The translations under genes and the position numbers were made by a program. From Candidatus Salinicoccus merdavium (GTDB lineage Bacteria; Bacillota; Bacilli; Staphylococcales; Salinicoccaceae), in assembly GCA_019113035.1 (NCBI GenBank), contig DXII01000193.1, forward strand, positions 1 to 37,585: a DNA stretch of 37,585 bases. The letters are read 5' to 3'. This document shows positions 9,440 to 21,451 of the stretch, in pieces. Position 1 is the first letter of the stretch, and the number at the start of each line of letters is the position of its first letter. Below the pieces are notes generated by a model. It worked only from the letters and a program-made list of their open reading frames with translations. It was not told where the DNA came from and made no database searches.

Positions 9440-10402
9440 TTAAAGTCCTCCCAGCAGAATTCCGATCACACCTGCGACTGCACCTGTCGTCCAGAATACA
9501 GCGACTATTTTCCATTCACTCCATCCAAGCAGCTCGAAATGGTGGTGAATCGGTGTCATCTTGAATATTCTTTTTCCAGTGAGTTTGAATGATGCCACCT
9601 GCAGCATGACGGATGCGGTTTCGATGACGAACACTGCACCGATGAAAAGCAGCAGCAGACTGTTGTTGATCATGATCGAGACGATACCGACCACACCGCC
9701 GAGGGCGAGTGAACCTGTATCTCCCATAAACAGCTTTGCAGGGTATTTATTATAGATCAGGAAACCGAGCAGCGCACCGATGATGATGCACAGGAACAAC
9801 ACGATTTCATATTCATGGTACATCGATGCAATCGTCAGAAACGCACCAAATGCGATGATTGACGTTCCGGTCGCAAGGCCGTCCAGCCCGTCCGTCAGGT
9901 TGACGGCGTTGCTGAATCCGACCAGCCAGAATATAATCCACAGCACAAACAGGAATCCGAGCGGAATAGACAATTCCGTCCCCGGTATATGAATGCTGTT
10001 TGTAATGTCCGGAATCCAGTTGGCCATTATGATGTAAACGATGATCGACACCGCAATCTGCGCGATGAATTTCTGCTTTGATGTCAGTCCGGTATTATCC
10101 TTTTTGACGACGATGATATAGTCGTCGATGAAACCGATCAGGCCGAAGCCGATCGTCACGATGATCAGTACGAGCATCTTGTATATGTCATCGACAAAAA
10201 ACAGTGCGGCCAATGCGAGCAGTATCGTCGGAATCAGGTAAGTCAGCCCGCCCATTGTCGGCGTGCCGGTTTTTGCCTGATGGGACTCAGGTCCCTCTTC
10301 CCTGATCGACTGGCCGAACTTCATACGCTTCAACAGCGGAATTGTGACCGGCACTAAAATTGCAGTAAGTGCAAATGCGAGTATTAAAAATATAAGATTC
10401 AT
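9440..10402 (-). CDS. mraY: Phospho-N-acetylmuramoyl-pentapeptide transferase
   Basis: GTPTMGG, IDD, NAVNLTDGLDGLA, FMGDTGS, PIHHHFE. The second ATG (10402) fits the GGAGG spacing better than 10405. Confidence 0.98.
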   Translation of the reverse strand: MNLIFLILAFALTAILVPVTIPLLKRMKFGQSIREEGPESHQAKTGTPTMGGLTYLIPTILLALAALFFVDDIYKMLVLIIVTIGFGLIGFIDDYIIVVKKDNTGLTSKQKFIAQIAVSIIVYIIMANWIPDITNSIHIPGTELSIPLGFLFVLWIIFWLVGFSNAVNLTDGLDGLATGTSIIAFGAFLTIASMYHEYEIVLFLCIIIGALLGFLIYNKYPAKLFMGDTGSLALGGVVGIVSIMINNSLLLLFIGAVFVIETASVMLQVASFKLTGKRIFKMTPIHHHFELLGWSEWKIVAVFWTTGAVAGVIGILLGGL

Positions 10403-10411
10403 CATATCCTC

Positions 10412-12583
10412 CTAGTCATTTGGGTCATTTGACGATAATGTGATGTTGATCTCACTGCCTTCTTCAATCGGAGCACCGGCTTCGACCGACTGCTCACTGA
10501 CGTATCCTTCACCTTCGATCGTGATATCCACACCTGCAAAATCTCCAAAAATTATTGCTTCACGTTTTGACAGACCGCTTAAGTCCGGCATTGTTGCCTG
10601 TCCGTCCGTTTTGACGAAAAATGTGTCATACGGCAGCAGCGCGTTATTTTTCGGGTAATGGTCATCAATTTCTCCGCCCTCGCCGATAACGACCTGATGG
10701 ATCGATTCATCTTCTGGCAGCGCCGCTTCATCCATTCTCTGGCCCGTATAATCTTCCACAGGGACCAGCTCGGCAGTCGACTCTTCATCCTGTGAACCGA
10801 CCTCCAAATATTTGAGCGTACGTTCCATCAGCGGGTTGAAACCGTGCATCACACCGTAATCCCAAGTGTCTTCCTTATTTTTTGTTGCGAGCTTGATGCC
10901 GTAGTAAATGATTACTTCCGGATCATCTTCCGGCGCATAGCCGATGAACGAAGTCAGAAACTCATAGTCGCCGGTCATATAGCCACCGTTTTCAGAGTCG
11001 ATGATCTGTGCGGTTCCGGACTTGCCGGCCACTTCATAATCATCCAGCTGATACTGCGGGTTACGCTCCATGGAACCGCCGACGAATGTATTGATTTCTT
11101 CCTGCGTCTTTTCCGCCGCTTCAGGGCTGATGACCTGTCTTACGACGGACTCTTTTCCATCATACAGCACTTCATCCGTATTCGGATCTGTTATCGAGTC
11201 GATGACATAAGGTTTTTTCATTTCGCCGCCATTCAGTATGGCAGTCATCCCCTGAATCATCTGAATCGGAGTCACTGTCGAAGTCTGTCCGAATGATGTC
11301 GTCTTACGCTGCAGTTCCTCGTCCCAGGCAATGACACCCGGCACTTCACGCGGAAATTCCGAATCCGTCGTCTGCCCGAAACCGAAGTCCTGATAATATT
11401 CGAGCATCTTGTCTTCGCCCACTTTATCCTGAAGTATCATCATCAGTGCGTTAGAAGAATACTGCATACCCTCATTATAAGTGATATTTCCCCAGCCTTC
11501 AGGTTCCCAATCGTAAATTGTGTGTCCGCCGACATCAAATTCACCGGATTCAAACGTCATATCCGGCTCATATTCACCCGCATCGATTGCGGCGGCAAGA
11601 CTGAACACTTTGAATGTCGAGCCCGGCTCAAATGAATACTGGTAGAGCATATTCAACCAGCTGTTGCCGAATCCTTCACGCGTTCTCGGATTGAAGGAAG
11701 GTCTCTGTCCGGATCCCAGAATCTCACCGGTTTCAGCATCCGCAACGACTGCAAACAGCTCTTCCGGTTCAAAATGTTCTTCCATCTCATCAAGAGAGTC
11801 TTCAAGATACAGCTGGATGTTCGAATCGATCGTCAGATGGATATCCGCACCGTCTTCAGGCGCCTTCACCTGGTTTTGAGTATTCGGCACTATGTACCCC
11901 CAGACATCCTGAGTATAACCTGTCGACCCGGGCTCACCGGAAAGTACATCCTCATAAGCACGTTCCAGCCCCATCTGTCCGAACAGTCCTCCGGTCTCCT
12001 CATCCTGTTCTGCATAACCCACAAGATGCGAAGCAAAGTTGCCGTTCGGATAGAAACGCTTAGTTTCCGCTACAAAATAAAAACCGCTGACACCTGAATC
12101 CTCATCCGCCTGAATTTCTTCCAGTGTTTGCTTTTCATTATAGGAAATGTCTATGCCGGCTCTGCCGAGCTCGACCTGGAAACGGCCCTCCTCAATTCCT
12201 TTGTCAATTTTCTCAATCACTTCATCTTCATCCATATCCAGTACTTCATTAAGTACAGATGCCACTTTTTCCTTATCTTCAACGTGATTCGGATAGTCCT
12301 CATCAATGATTAATGCGACACGGTAAGCTTCCATATCACTCGCGAGAATATTGTTATCACGGTCGGTGATATCGCCCCTTTCTCCATGATTGACTGCCGT
12401 TCTTGAAAATTTTTCATGTCCATGTGCGACCAGATCTTCATCTTCCAGTGATTTTCCGATCATCAAATATGAAAATTGCCAGAATATCAAAAGAAAAAGC
12501 ACTCCTATACCTAGATATATTAGGAGCGCACCTACTGAAAATGATGTCGTTCTATTCATGAACTTTACTTTAATTTTTGCCAT
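10412..12583 (-). CDS. pbpA: Class B division penicillin-binding protein (S. aureus PBP1 / B. subtilis PBP2B type) with PASTA-like C-terminus
   Basis: RG.I.DR, R.YPNG and GLE dimerisation-domain motifs; catalytic STFK, SSN, KSG; between ftsL and mraY. Confidence 0.93.
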   Translation of the reverse strand: MAKIKVKFMNRTTSFSVGALLIYLGIGVLFLLIFWQFSYLMIGKSLEDEDLVAHGHEKFSRTAVNHGERGDITDRDNNILASDMEAYRVALIIDEDYPNHVEDKEKVASVLNEVLDMDEDEVIEKIDKGIEEGRFQVELGRAGIDISYNEKQTLEEIQADEDSGVSGFYFVAETKRFYPNGNFASHLVGYAEQDEETGGLFGQMGLERAYEDVLSGEPGSTGYTQDVWGYIVPNTQNQVKAPEDGADIHLTIDSNIQLYLEDSLDEMEEHFEPEELFAVVADAETGEILGSGQRPSFNPRTREGFGNSWLNMLYQYSFEPGSTFKVFSLAAAIDAGEYEPDMTFESGEFDVGGHTIYDWEPEGWGNITYNEGMQYSSNALMMILQDKVGEDKMLEYYQDFGFGQTTDSEFPREVPGVIAWDEELQRKTTSFGQTSTVTPIQMIQGMTAILNGGEMKKPYVIDSITDPNTDEVLYDGKESVVRQVISPEAAEKTQEEINTFVGGSMERNPQYQLDDYEVAGKSGTAQIIDSENGGYMTGDYEFLTSFIGYAPEDDPEVIIYYGIKLATKNKEDTWDYGVMHGFNPLMERTLKYLEVGSQDEESTAELVPVEDYTGQRMDEAALPEDESIHQVVIGEGGEIDDHYPKNNALLPYDTFFVKTDGQATMPDLSGLSKREAIIFGDFAGVDITIEGEGYVSEQSVEAGAPIEEGSEINITLSSNDPND

Positions 12584-12953
12584 GTCTTTCAACAACCTTT
12601 ACATTGCCGTTGTCTAAATCTAGACCCAGCTCACCAGCTTTCCCGTAAATTCTATCATAGGATGCCAAATGTGTCACTTCCGTATTCAACTCATCGATCT
12701 CACCATTTTTCGTCGCAATTTCACTTTCTACGTTTGTGATTTCACTCTGCAGCTCATAAGCATCCATCTTTGAAGAAAGTACAAAGACCGCAGCAACGGT
12801 AATCAATATCATCAATGTGAGATAAATGATCGCTTCGCCCCGTTTGATGCCGACGACTTTGCTTTTCGTACGCGTTCCGGCACTTGATTTCGTCTGACTC
12901 TGGTCATTCGGTTTTGTATTTGGTATTGCTTGACGATACCTTTCTACTGCCAT
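12570..12953 (-). CDS. ftsL: Cell division protein FtsL
   Basis: Short N-terminus, one TM helix, coiled coil ending LASYDRIY.KA.ELGL...NVKVV; synteny. Confidence 0.92.
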   Translation of the reverse strand: MAVERYRQAIPNTKPNDQSQTKSSAGTRTKSKVVGIKRGEAIIYLTLMILITVAAVFVLSSKMDAYELQSEITNVESEIATKNGEIDELNTEVTHLASYDRIYGKAGELGLDLDNGNVKVVERHGKN

Positions 12954-12965
12954 CGTTAACACATC

Positions 12966-13895
12966 CTATTTCTGTTTCTCTGCTATTCTTAATTTCGCAC
13001 TGCGCGCTCTCGGATTGTTTTCCAGTTCTTCACCATCGGCCAGGATCGGTTTGCGGTTGATTCTTTTGAGGTCCGGCTGATATTCCTCAGGAATGACAGG
13101 CAGTCCTTTTGGCAGTTCCGGCCCTTTTTCATACTCTACGAACATCTGCTTGCAGATTCTGTCTTCCAGTGAATGGAATGTGATGACAGACACTCTGCCA
13201 TCCTTGTTTAAAATTTCAATCGCCGCTTCAAGCGAACGTTCAAATACACCCAGTTCATCATTCACTGCGATTCTGAGCGCCTGAAACACCCTTTTCGCCG
13301 GGTGGCCGCCTGTGCGTCGGAACTTGTGGGGTATTTGGGACTTTATTATTTCTGTCAGTTCGGTCGTCGTTTCTATGTTCTGTTCTTTTCTTCTTCTTTC
13401 GATTTCCCTTGCGATCCGCTTGGAGAATTTCTCTTCACCGTATCTGAAGAAAATACTGACAAGCGCCTCATAGGAATAAGTATTTACAACTTCATACGCA
13501 TCCAGAGACTGGGACTGGTCCATCCTCATATCAAGCCTCGCTTCTCTTGTATGGGAAAAACCACGCTCTGTAATATCGAGCTGAGGGCTTGAAACACCCA
13601 GGTCATACATGATTCCGTCAATTTTTTCTATATCCAAAGCTTTCAATTCTTCTTTCAGATTTTCAAAATTACTGTGTACAAGAGTCAATCTTTCATCATC
13701 TTTAAATTTTTTCTGCGCATATTCAATCGCATAAATGTCCTGGTCGAATGCGATCACTTTGCCGGTTGTGACTTTACTGAGCAGATATTCAGTATGACCG
13801 CCGCCGCCTAAAGTGGCATCCACATAAATTCCGTCTTCCCTGACATTGAGACCGTCCACTGTTTCTTCTAATAATACCGTGTCATGACTGAACAC
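12966..13895 (-). CDS. rsmH: 16S rRNA m4C1402 methyltransferase RsmH (MraW)
   Basis: [51 protein letters not shown]. Confidence 0.98.
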   Translation of the reverse strand: MFSHDTVLLEETVDGLNVREDGIYVDATLGGGGHTEYLLSKVTTGKVIAFDQDIYAIEYAQKKFKDDERLTLVHSNFENLKEELKALDIEKIDGIMYDLGVSSPQLDITERGFSHTREARLDMRMDQSQSLDAYEVVNTYSYEALVSIFFRYGEEKFSKRIAREIERRRKEQNIETTTELTEIIKSQIPHKFRRTGGHPAKRVFQALRIAVNDELGVFERSLEAAIEILNKDGRVSVITFHSLEDRICKQMFVEYEKGPELPKGLPVIPEEYQPDLKRINRKPILADGEELENNPRARSAKLRIAEKQK

Positions 13896-13906
13896 ATTGT
13901 CACATC

Positions 13907-14338
13907 CTATAAATCAAAGTCTATTAAGTCTTCTGCTATATCTTCAAAGTTTTCCTCAGAGTCCGAATAAAAATCTGACCACTCTTCTGAATCCCAGATT
14001 TCAATACGGCTGGAAACACCAATTATTGTGCAATCTTTTGAAAGCCCTGCATAAGTGCGTAAATTTTGGGGGATATTGATCCGTCCCTGCTTATCCACCT
14101 CGACGACAGTCGCGCCAGAGAAGAATAAACGCATGAATTTACGGGCATCACGTTTTGTCAGCGGCAGGCTTTTCATTTTTTCTTCAATGCGGGACCATTC
14201 TTCATGTGTGTAGCCAAAGAGACATTTATCAAGGCCTCGTGTAATTACAAACTGCTCCGATAAATCGTCGCGAAACTTACTTGGAACGATCATTCTGCCT
14301 TTTGTATCGAGTTTATTGTTAAATTCTCCCATGAACAT
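13907..14338 (-). CDS. mraZ: Division/cell-wall cluster transcriptional regulator MraZ
   Basis: [27 protein letters not shown] and RIEIW (tandem AbrB-like domains). Confidence 0.98.
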   Translation of the reverse strand: MFMGEFNNKLDTKGRMIVPSKFRDDLSEQFVITRGLDKCLFGYTHEEWSRIEEKMKSLPLTKRDARKFMRLFFSGATVVEVDKQGRINIPQNLRTYAGLSKDCTIIGVSSRIEIWDSEEWSDFYSDSEENFEDIAEDLIDFDL

Positions 14339-14365
14339 GGTATCCACCTGCCTCTATTAATAAAT

Positions 14366-14391
14366 TACCACATCCCGCCACTTTCCACCAC
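14366..14391 (-). promoter_or_regulatory. MraZ operator: three GTGG boxes at 10-bp spacing
   Basis: Minus strand GTGGTG-GAAA-GTGGCG-GGAT-GTGGTA immediately upstream of mraZ, matching the known MraZ-binding repeat layout. Confidence 0.8.
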
Positions 14392-14429
14392 AAATTATAC
14401 AAAATAACCGGCTGTAATTTAAATAAAAT

Positions 14430-14463
14430 AAAAAAAGCGGCTTTCTAATTTTTAGAAAGCCGC
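14430..14463 (-). terminator. Intrinsic terminator after bshC
   Basis: GCGGCTTTCTAA-AAA-TTAGAAAGCCGC followed by a T-run (minus). Confidence 0.85.
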
Positions 14464-14479
14464 CGGCTGAATGGTGTTG

Positions 14480-16066
14480 CTATGGGGTTTTGAGGATTAC
14501 CAGATCCGTTGTGTAGGAAAGTGGTGGAAAATCCCTTAAATCGGTCATATATTGCCAAGGGTGGTACATTCTTTCATGCAGTCCGCCATCCGGCAGTAAT
14601 TTTTCCTGCAGTTCGGTCAAATCACCCAGTTCTTTTCTTTTATGCCGCTTCACTTCGGTTCTGTATCTGCGCTCCAGATAGTCGAGCTGTTTCAGATGGT
14701 GCTTGAAGTTCGCTTCGACAATCTCCGTCATGAAGTCCTGGCTGTTTATGGCATGCAGTTCCTGATAACCCTTCTCGGCACTTTTCGTAATGTCTCCGAT
14801 TTTATTTATAAACTCGGAGCTGACATCATTTTCGACCATAGAATGTTTAAGGTCTTTGATCGTGTCATAAAACTGCGGGTTGAAATCCAGTTCATATTTT
14901 TCCATCAGCTTTTCAAGCCTCGGGGATAAATACTCAAATTCGACGCGTTTTAAAATGATCGGCATGTCCACATCCATCACTTCAAACACTTTGTGCAGTT
15001 CACCCCAGTACTTCACTTCTGCATTGCCGCCGAGAAATATGAGTGTGTTGAACAGCATCTCCTGCATCAGCGGACGCGTCACCACATTATTGCTGAATAT
15101 TTCCGGTGATTCCTCAAGCAGTCCGAGCAGTTCATCTTTTGTATATTTCTCATCACCGGCTCTGAAATGTTCCCCGTCCTTCTCAAGAAGCGTCCGGTCC
15201 GTTGTCGCGTTGACAAATAAGTGCACATTATTTTCCGTATGGAGCGTCGGAGGGATATCCAGTTCACCCGTCAGCTGTTTCTGGCCGCTGACGAATGCAT
15301 CATCGATCTTTTCATGGGATTCAATCATCGATCTGAACATCGATTTTTCAAACTGCCGCACTTCCGGTGTGTGGCTGTTGAAGACAAGGATGCCTTCATC
15401 TTTGAACAGGTCATGCACGAGAGCGTGGAACAGCTCCGTCCAATAAGCATGTTCATCTATGAATGCTGTCACTTTGTCCTTCAAAGCTTTCAGGTCTGAG
15501 CGGTCTCCGCACATTTCCATGATCTTATTCAAAGTATCCTTCATGGCCTGTTTGTCGTATTCATAGAAACCGACGCTCATATTCACTTTGAGGTTCGGCT
15601 TATAGCTGATCTTCCTCTTCTTTCTGTGCATGTCGTCATAGGCGAATGTATGATTGATCTCTTCGTAATCATGATCCTCTCCCGCTACCCAGAAGACCGG
15701 CACGGCATCATAACCATATTTTTCTTTCATATCCTTTGTCACGATGATGATGGATATTATTTTGTGGATGATATAGGCCGGGCTCATGAACAGTCCTGCC
15801 TGCTGCCCGCCGATGACTGCACGGTGACCTTCAGCCAGCAGTTCAAGGTTCTTCTCCTGTGCGTCTGACAGGCCATACTTTGCCATATCATTCCTCATTA
15901 TTTCAGCAAGTGTTTTCGTGTGATCGTGGGCAGGCCTTGCCAGCATCTGATTCACACTTTTTTCATTCAATGAGAGATTTTGATAAAATTTAAGTATATC
16001 CTTTTCCTGACGGTTAAATTTATCAATAAAATTATCGTTAGAGAATTTCATACATTCAATTTCCAT
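14480..16066 (-). CDS. bshC: Bacillithiol biosynthesis cysteine-adding enzyme BshC
   Basis: GGQQAGL, PVFWVAGEDHD, FS.NVV.RP..QE, GG.AE..YW and L.ER motifs; upstream of mraZ. Confidence 0.93.
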   Translation of the reverse strand: MEIECMKFSNDNFIDKFNRQEKDILKFYQNLSLNEKSVNQMLARPAHDHTKTLAEIMRNDMAKYGLSDAQEKNLELLAEGHRAVIGGQQAGLFMSPAYIIHKIISIIIVTKDMKEKYGYDAVPVFWVAGEDHDYEEINHTFAYDDMHRKKRKISYKPNLKVNMSVGFYEYDKQAMKDTLNKIMEMCGDRSDLKALKDKVTAFIDEHAYWTELFHALVHDLFKDEGILVFNSHTPEVRQFEKSMFRSMIESHEKIDDAFVSGQKQLTGELDIPPTLHTENNVHLFVNATTDRTLLEKDGEHFRAGDEKYTKDELLGLLEESPEIFSNNVVTRPLMQEMLFNTLIFLGGNAEVKYWGELHKVFEVMDVDMPIILKRVEFEYLSPRLEKLMEKYELDFNPQFYDTIKDLKHSMVENDVSSEFINKIGDITKSAEKGYQELHAINSQDFMTEIVEANFKHHLKQLDYLERRYRTEVKRHKRKELGDLTELQEKLLPDGGLHERMYHPWQYMTDLRDFPPLSYTTDLVILKTP

Positions 16067-16128
16067 TGTCTTTCTCCTTTGTTGCGGTGATTAATTAAAA
16101 TTATAGATTTTTTCATTTTATAAAACAA

Positions 16129-16156
16129 TTGAACTGTTTATCAATTATAATATAAT
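16129..16156 (+). promoter_or_regulatory. Putative sigma-A promoter of the ylbP-like gene
   Basis: TTGAAC-N16-TATAAT ahead of an AAAGGAG RBS. Confidence 0.5.
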
Positions 16157-16177
16157 GGATGAAAGGAGCGATTTTTA

Positions 16178-16645
16178 ATGTCTGAAATCAAACATTTGGC
16201 AATCAACTATAAGACTGCCGAAGATTTTAAAAAGTTCGGGGAATATGGAACACAGGAATTGCAGATGATGGAAGAGCTTGAGGGGAATGTGATCGATGCC
16301 GATACCGACTCGCCGTTCTACGGTATATATGTCGGTGAAAACCTGGCAGCGCGCATGTGCCTCTACAGAAAAGAGGATGACAACAATCCCATCTTTGATC
16401 CGCCGCATGACTACCTCGTCATATGGAAGCTCGAAGTGCTGGAAAAATACCGCGGCAGGGGTTTCGGTTCCGAACTGATCGATTATGTAAAAGAGCAGAA
16501 TATGCCCATCAAGGCGGTCAGCCGTCAAAATGCACGGTCGTTTTTTGAAGACCACGATTTTGAAACTTTAAAATATGATATTGAGAGAGACCTCGCGGAC
16601 AACGCACTGATCTGGTATCCGGAAGGATATTCTCTGCAGCAATAA
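16178..16645 (+). CDS. ylbP: GNAT family N-acetyltransferase (YlbP-like)
   Basis: INYKT.E.FKKF.EYG.QEL, SPFYGIY, WKLEVL..YRGRG.G acetyl-CoA motif. Confidence 0.88.
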   Translation: MSEIKHLAINYKTAEDFKKFGEYGTQELQMMEELEGNVIDADTDSPFYGIYVGENLAARMCLYRKEDDNNPIFDPPHDYLVIWKLEVLEKYRGRGFGSELIDYVKEQNMPIKAVSRQNARSFFEDHDFETLKYDIERDLADNALIWYPEGYSLQQ

Positions 16646-16673
16646 AAAAGATGAGCCTGAGCTCATCTTTTTT
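16644..16673. terminator. Bidirectional terminator between ylbP and rpmF
   Basis: AAAAAAGATGAGC-CTGA-GCTCATCTTTTTT. Confidence 0.88.
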
Positions 16674-16845
16674 AGTTATTCACTACTTCTTCACCTTTAT
16701 AGCTTCCGCATGATTTACAAACACGGTGTGAAAGTTTCATTTCACCACAGTTTGAACATTCAACCATTCCTGGCGCTGAAAGTTTAATATGCGTACGGCG
16801 TTTATTTTTACGAGTTTTAGATGTTCTTCTTTTAGGTACTGCCAT
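16672..16845 (-). CDS. rpmF: 50S ribosomal protein L32 (Zn-binding C+ form; not in the ORF track)
   Basis: Hand translation [57 protein letters not shown] (57 aa); AAAGGAGG RBS. Confidence 0.98.
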   Translation of the reverse strand: MAVPKRRTSKTRKNKRRTHIKLSAPGMVECSNCGEMKLSHRVCKSCGSYKGEEVVNN

Positions 16846-16847
16846 GA

Positions 16848-17366
16848 TTAATCCTCCTTTTCTTCATCACTATCAAGTAGTGCTTTTAATTTTTCAAGTC
16901 TGGGATCTGTTTTTTCCCCACTCTCGTGAGCAAACTCATCTTCATCGATGACTTCCCAATCTTTTCCGCTCCCAAGTGGTTCATCGCTTGTTGTATAAGC
17001 GGTTGGAAGGTTCACAATGATGAGTTCCCTGATTACAGGTTCTAAATCCAATGTATGAATGACCGGATGAACATTTTCATCCAGATCATCATCTTCATGG
17101 ACAGTTTCATCAAAGATTTCCAATGATTCGATTTGAAGCGGGACTTGAATATCTTCAGATGTTCGACTGTCGAGCATGTTGATAATCGTATCGATATATA
17201 TCTGTACATTGAATTGTCTGCTGCGCACAAATATTTCACCTTTGACGTTGAGCGATTCGACAGATAAGATATCCTTCCTGTCCGTCAAGTTCTCAATCTT
17301 CAGGTTATCATCAAATTTGATCACTTCATCATGGAATTTTCTTAGTTGAGCCAACGTCCATTTCAT
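16848..17366 (-). CDS. ylbN: YceD/DUF177 family protein (YlbN)
   Basis: MKWTL.QL N-terminus, DL.P.I.E.I and DPRL.KL motifs; directly upstream of rpmF. Confidence 0.9.
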   Translation of the reverse strand: MKWTLAQLRKFHDEVIKFDDNLKIENLTDRKDILSVESLNVKGEIFVRSRQFNVQIYIDTIINMLDSRTSEDIQVPLQIESLEIFDETVHEDDDLDENVHPVIHTLDLEPVIRELIIVNLPTAYTTSDEPLGSGKDWEVIDEDEFAHESGEKTDPRLEKLKALLDSDEEKED

Positions 17367-17395
17367 ACTCTTCACCTCTTATGAGCACAAAAAAT

Positions 17396-17424
17396 ATTGT
17401 ACATTTTATGGGGACTTATGTCAA
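17396..17424 (-). promoter_or_regulatory. Strong sigma-A promoter for ylbN-rpmF
   Basis: TTGACA-N17-TACAAT on the minus strand. Confidence 0.8.
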
Positions 17425-17479
17425 GTTATTTTCTTAACAGATTATTTGATACAATATAGAATAAAGGAGGTCTTTTCCA

Positions 17480-19642
<2,163 letters not shown>

Positions 19643-19704
19643 AAAAATCCTCTTTCCATTTTCTGTTGATTTGAGATAAGATGAATAACAGGAGTTGATC
19701 ATAC

Positions 19705-20076
19705 ATGCAAAAATTTATCCGTCTCGGTAACGGCTACGGCGACATTTTCGAGCTTGAAGCCCTCATCGAATATAACCGTCAGCGTATAAAATCAGGCATC
19801 TACCTGCACACTGAAGACGAACCTTCGACGTTTGTTCTCGTCATGGCGCCCGTACGCGGAAACTTCCAGGCGCTCTATACGATTTACCGCGGAATTCCGA
19901 TGACAAGCAAACACCAGCAGAAATATAAGATCATCAATGAAAGTCTCGAGAAATATAATATTCAAAAAGTCGAAATGACCACGCGGACACCGGATGATTT
20001 CCACGATCCGGAGCAGTATTTCCAATATATGATCGGTGTGCTGAGACTGAACCACCTGCTGCCGCCGATGTCCTAA
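19705..20076 (+). CDS. Conserved hypothetical protein
   Basis: 123-aa ORF with AGGAG RBS; MQKFI.LG.GY.DIFE start and LRLN..LPP end resemble the small gene found opposite rsmD in Bacillales. Confidence 0.8.
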   Translation: MQKFIRLGNGYGDIFELEALIEYNRQRIKSGIYLHTEDEPSTFVLVMAPVRGNFQALYTIYRGIPMTSKHQQKYKIINESLEKYNIQKVEMTTRTPDDFHDPEQYFQYMIGVLRLNHLLPPMS

Positions 20077-20336
20077 ATTACCCTGTAATCTTTCACCTCA
20101 TGCTTCTCACGTTCATATTCCCTTTTAATATTGGGATATTGTGAGACAATGACATCAGAGACGTATTTCAGCTTATTCAGCTCTTTTATTGTTTGAGAGA
20201 CATCTGATTCGTTAATATATAATAATAAGTACTTTTTATCTTTATTTACATAAATCAGATGGCCATAACGTTTTAATTGTCTAATGAATTTATTTTGTTT
20301 AAAATAAATATAAATACCAATTCGTTTCTTTAACAT
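20073..20336 (-). CDS. ylbG: YlbG/DUF2129 family protein
   Basis: R.G..IY...K..RQL..YG...Y......Y..LY pattern; synteny between ylbF and rsmD. Confidence 0.85.
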   Translation of the reverse strand: MLKKRIGIYIYFKQNKFIRQLKRYGHLIYVNKDKKYLLLYINESDVSQTIKELNKLKYVSDVIVSQYPNIKREYEREKHEVKDYRVI

Positions 20337-20433
20337 GTTTGTCCCACCCATCTAATTTGTATAAGGATATCATACCATTTTAGAAACAAATTTTTAATAG
20401 CATCATACAGAATCATATTGGAGGATATTTTAA

Positions 20434-21354
20434 ATGAGAAAATGTATCAAGGGAATTTTAACAACAATCGGTGTTGCGGGAGGCATTGTCGGAGGATTGT
20501 GGATCGGTACGAAACTCACATCCGAAACAAAGGTGCAGCACATCAAACCCTACTTTAAAAGACGCTCGCCCTATATTTTCGCACACCGCGGAGGCATGGC
20601 ACTGGCGCCCGAACATACTAAACTGGCATTTGATAAATCCAGCGAATTCAATGTGGAAGGCTTTGAAATCGACATCCGTCTGACGAAAGACGAAGAGATC
20701 GTCGTCATGCATGATGCATATGTGGACCGCACATCAAACGGTGCGGGCCGTGTCAGCAACATGACACTTGCAGAACTTAAGGAACTCGACTTCGGCCATC
20801 ACTTCAGAGATATCGAAGGAAACACACCGTTCAGAGGCCATGAAGACGCAAAAATCCTTACTTTGAAAGAGCTGCTTGAAAACTATCCGGACAAACTGGT
20901 CAATATCGATATTAAAGATAAGTCCGAAACATACGAAGGCAGCCTGATGCCGACTGTGCTCTACCGCCTCATCAAGGAACTCGGTGCAGAAGACCGAGTC
21001 CTCGTTACGAGCTTCCACGACGCACAGATCAACAGATTCAGACTGTACTCCCGAGACGAAATCGCGCTCGGTGCCGGTGAAGAACAGGTGACGAAAGCCT
21101 ACTTCAGCTTCAAGACAGGATTCAAACACCTTTACCAGCCGAATGCAGACACATTCCAGATTCCGGTAAACATCAAAGGCTGCCCGCTCGATAATGAGAA
21201 ATTCATCGCATTCCTGCAGAACATGAACGTAGCCGTCGGCTACTGGGTCATCAACGACATGGACAAGATGGACGAGCTCATTCAAAAAGGTGCCCATACC
21301 ATCGTTACAGACTTTCCTGATATCAGCTACCACCTGATGAAACAGAGATACTAG
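20434..21354 (+). CDS. Glycerophosphodiester phosphodiesterase with N-terminal membrane anchor
   Basis: FAHRGG, PE.T, EIDI.LTKD, HD..VDRT, NIDIK, IVTDFP; GGAGG RBS. Confidence 0.93.
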   Translation: MRKCIKGILTTIGVAGGIVGGLWIGTKLTSETKVQHIKPYFKRRSPYIFAHRGGMALAPEHTKLAFDKSSEFNVEGFEIDIRLTKDEEIVVMHDAYVDRTSNGAGRVSNMTLAELKELDFGHHFRDIEGNTPFRGHEDAKILTLKELLENYPDKLVNIDIKDKSETYEGSLMPTVLYRLIKELGAEDRVLVTSFHDAQINRFRLYSRDEIALGAGEEQVTKAYFSFKTGFKHLYQPNADTFQIPVNIKGCPLDNEKFIAFLQNMNVAVGYWVINDMDKMDELIQKGAHTIVTDFPDISYHLMKQRY

Positions 21355-21374
21355 ATAAGATGGGAATTATTCAG

Positions 21375-21402
21375 CCCGGCTCAAGTTGAGCCGGGTATTT
21401 TT
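21375..21402 (+). terminator. Intrinsic terminator of the GDPD gene
   Basis: CCCGGCTCAA-G-TTGAGCCGGG followed by TATTTTT. Confidence 0.85.
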
Positions 21403-21451
21403 GTGTGCGTGCGTTTGCTTCCTGCTCATTTGGGAGAGTTAGAAATGCAAC

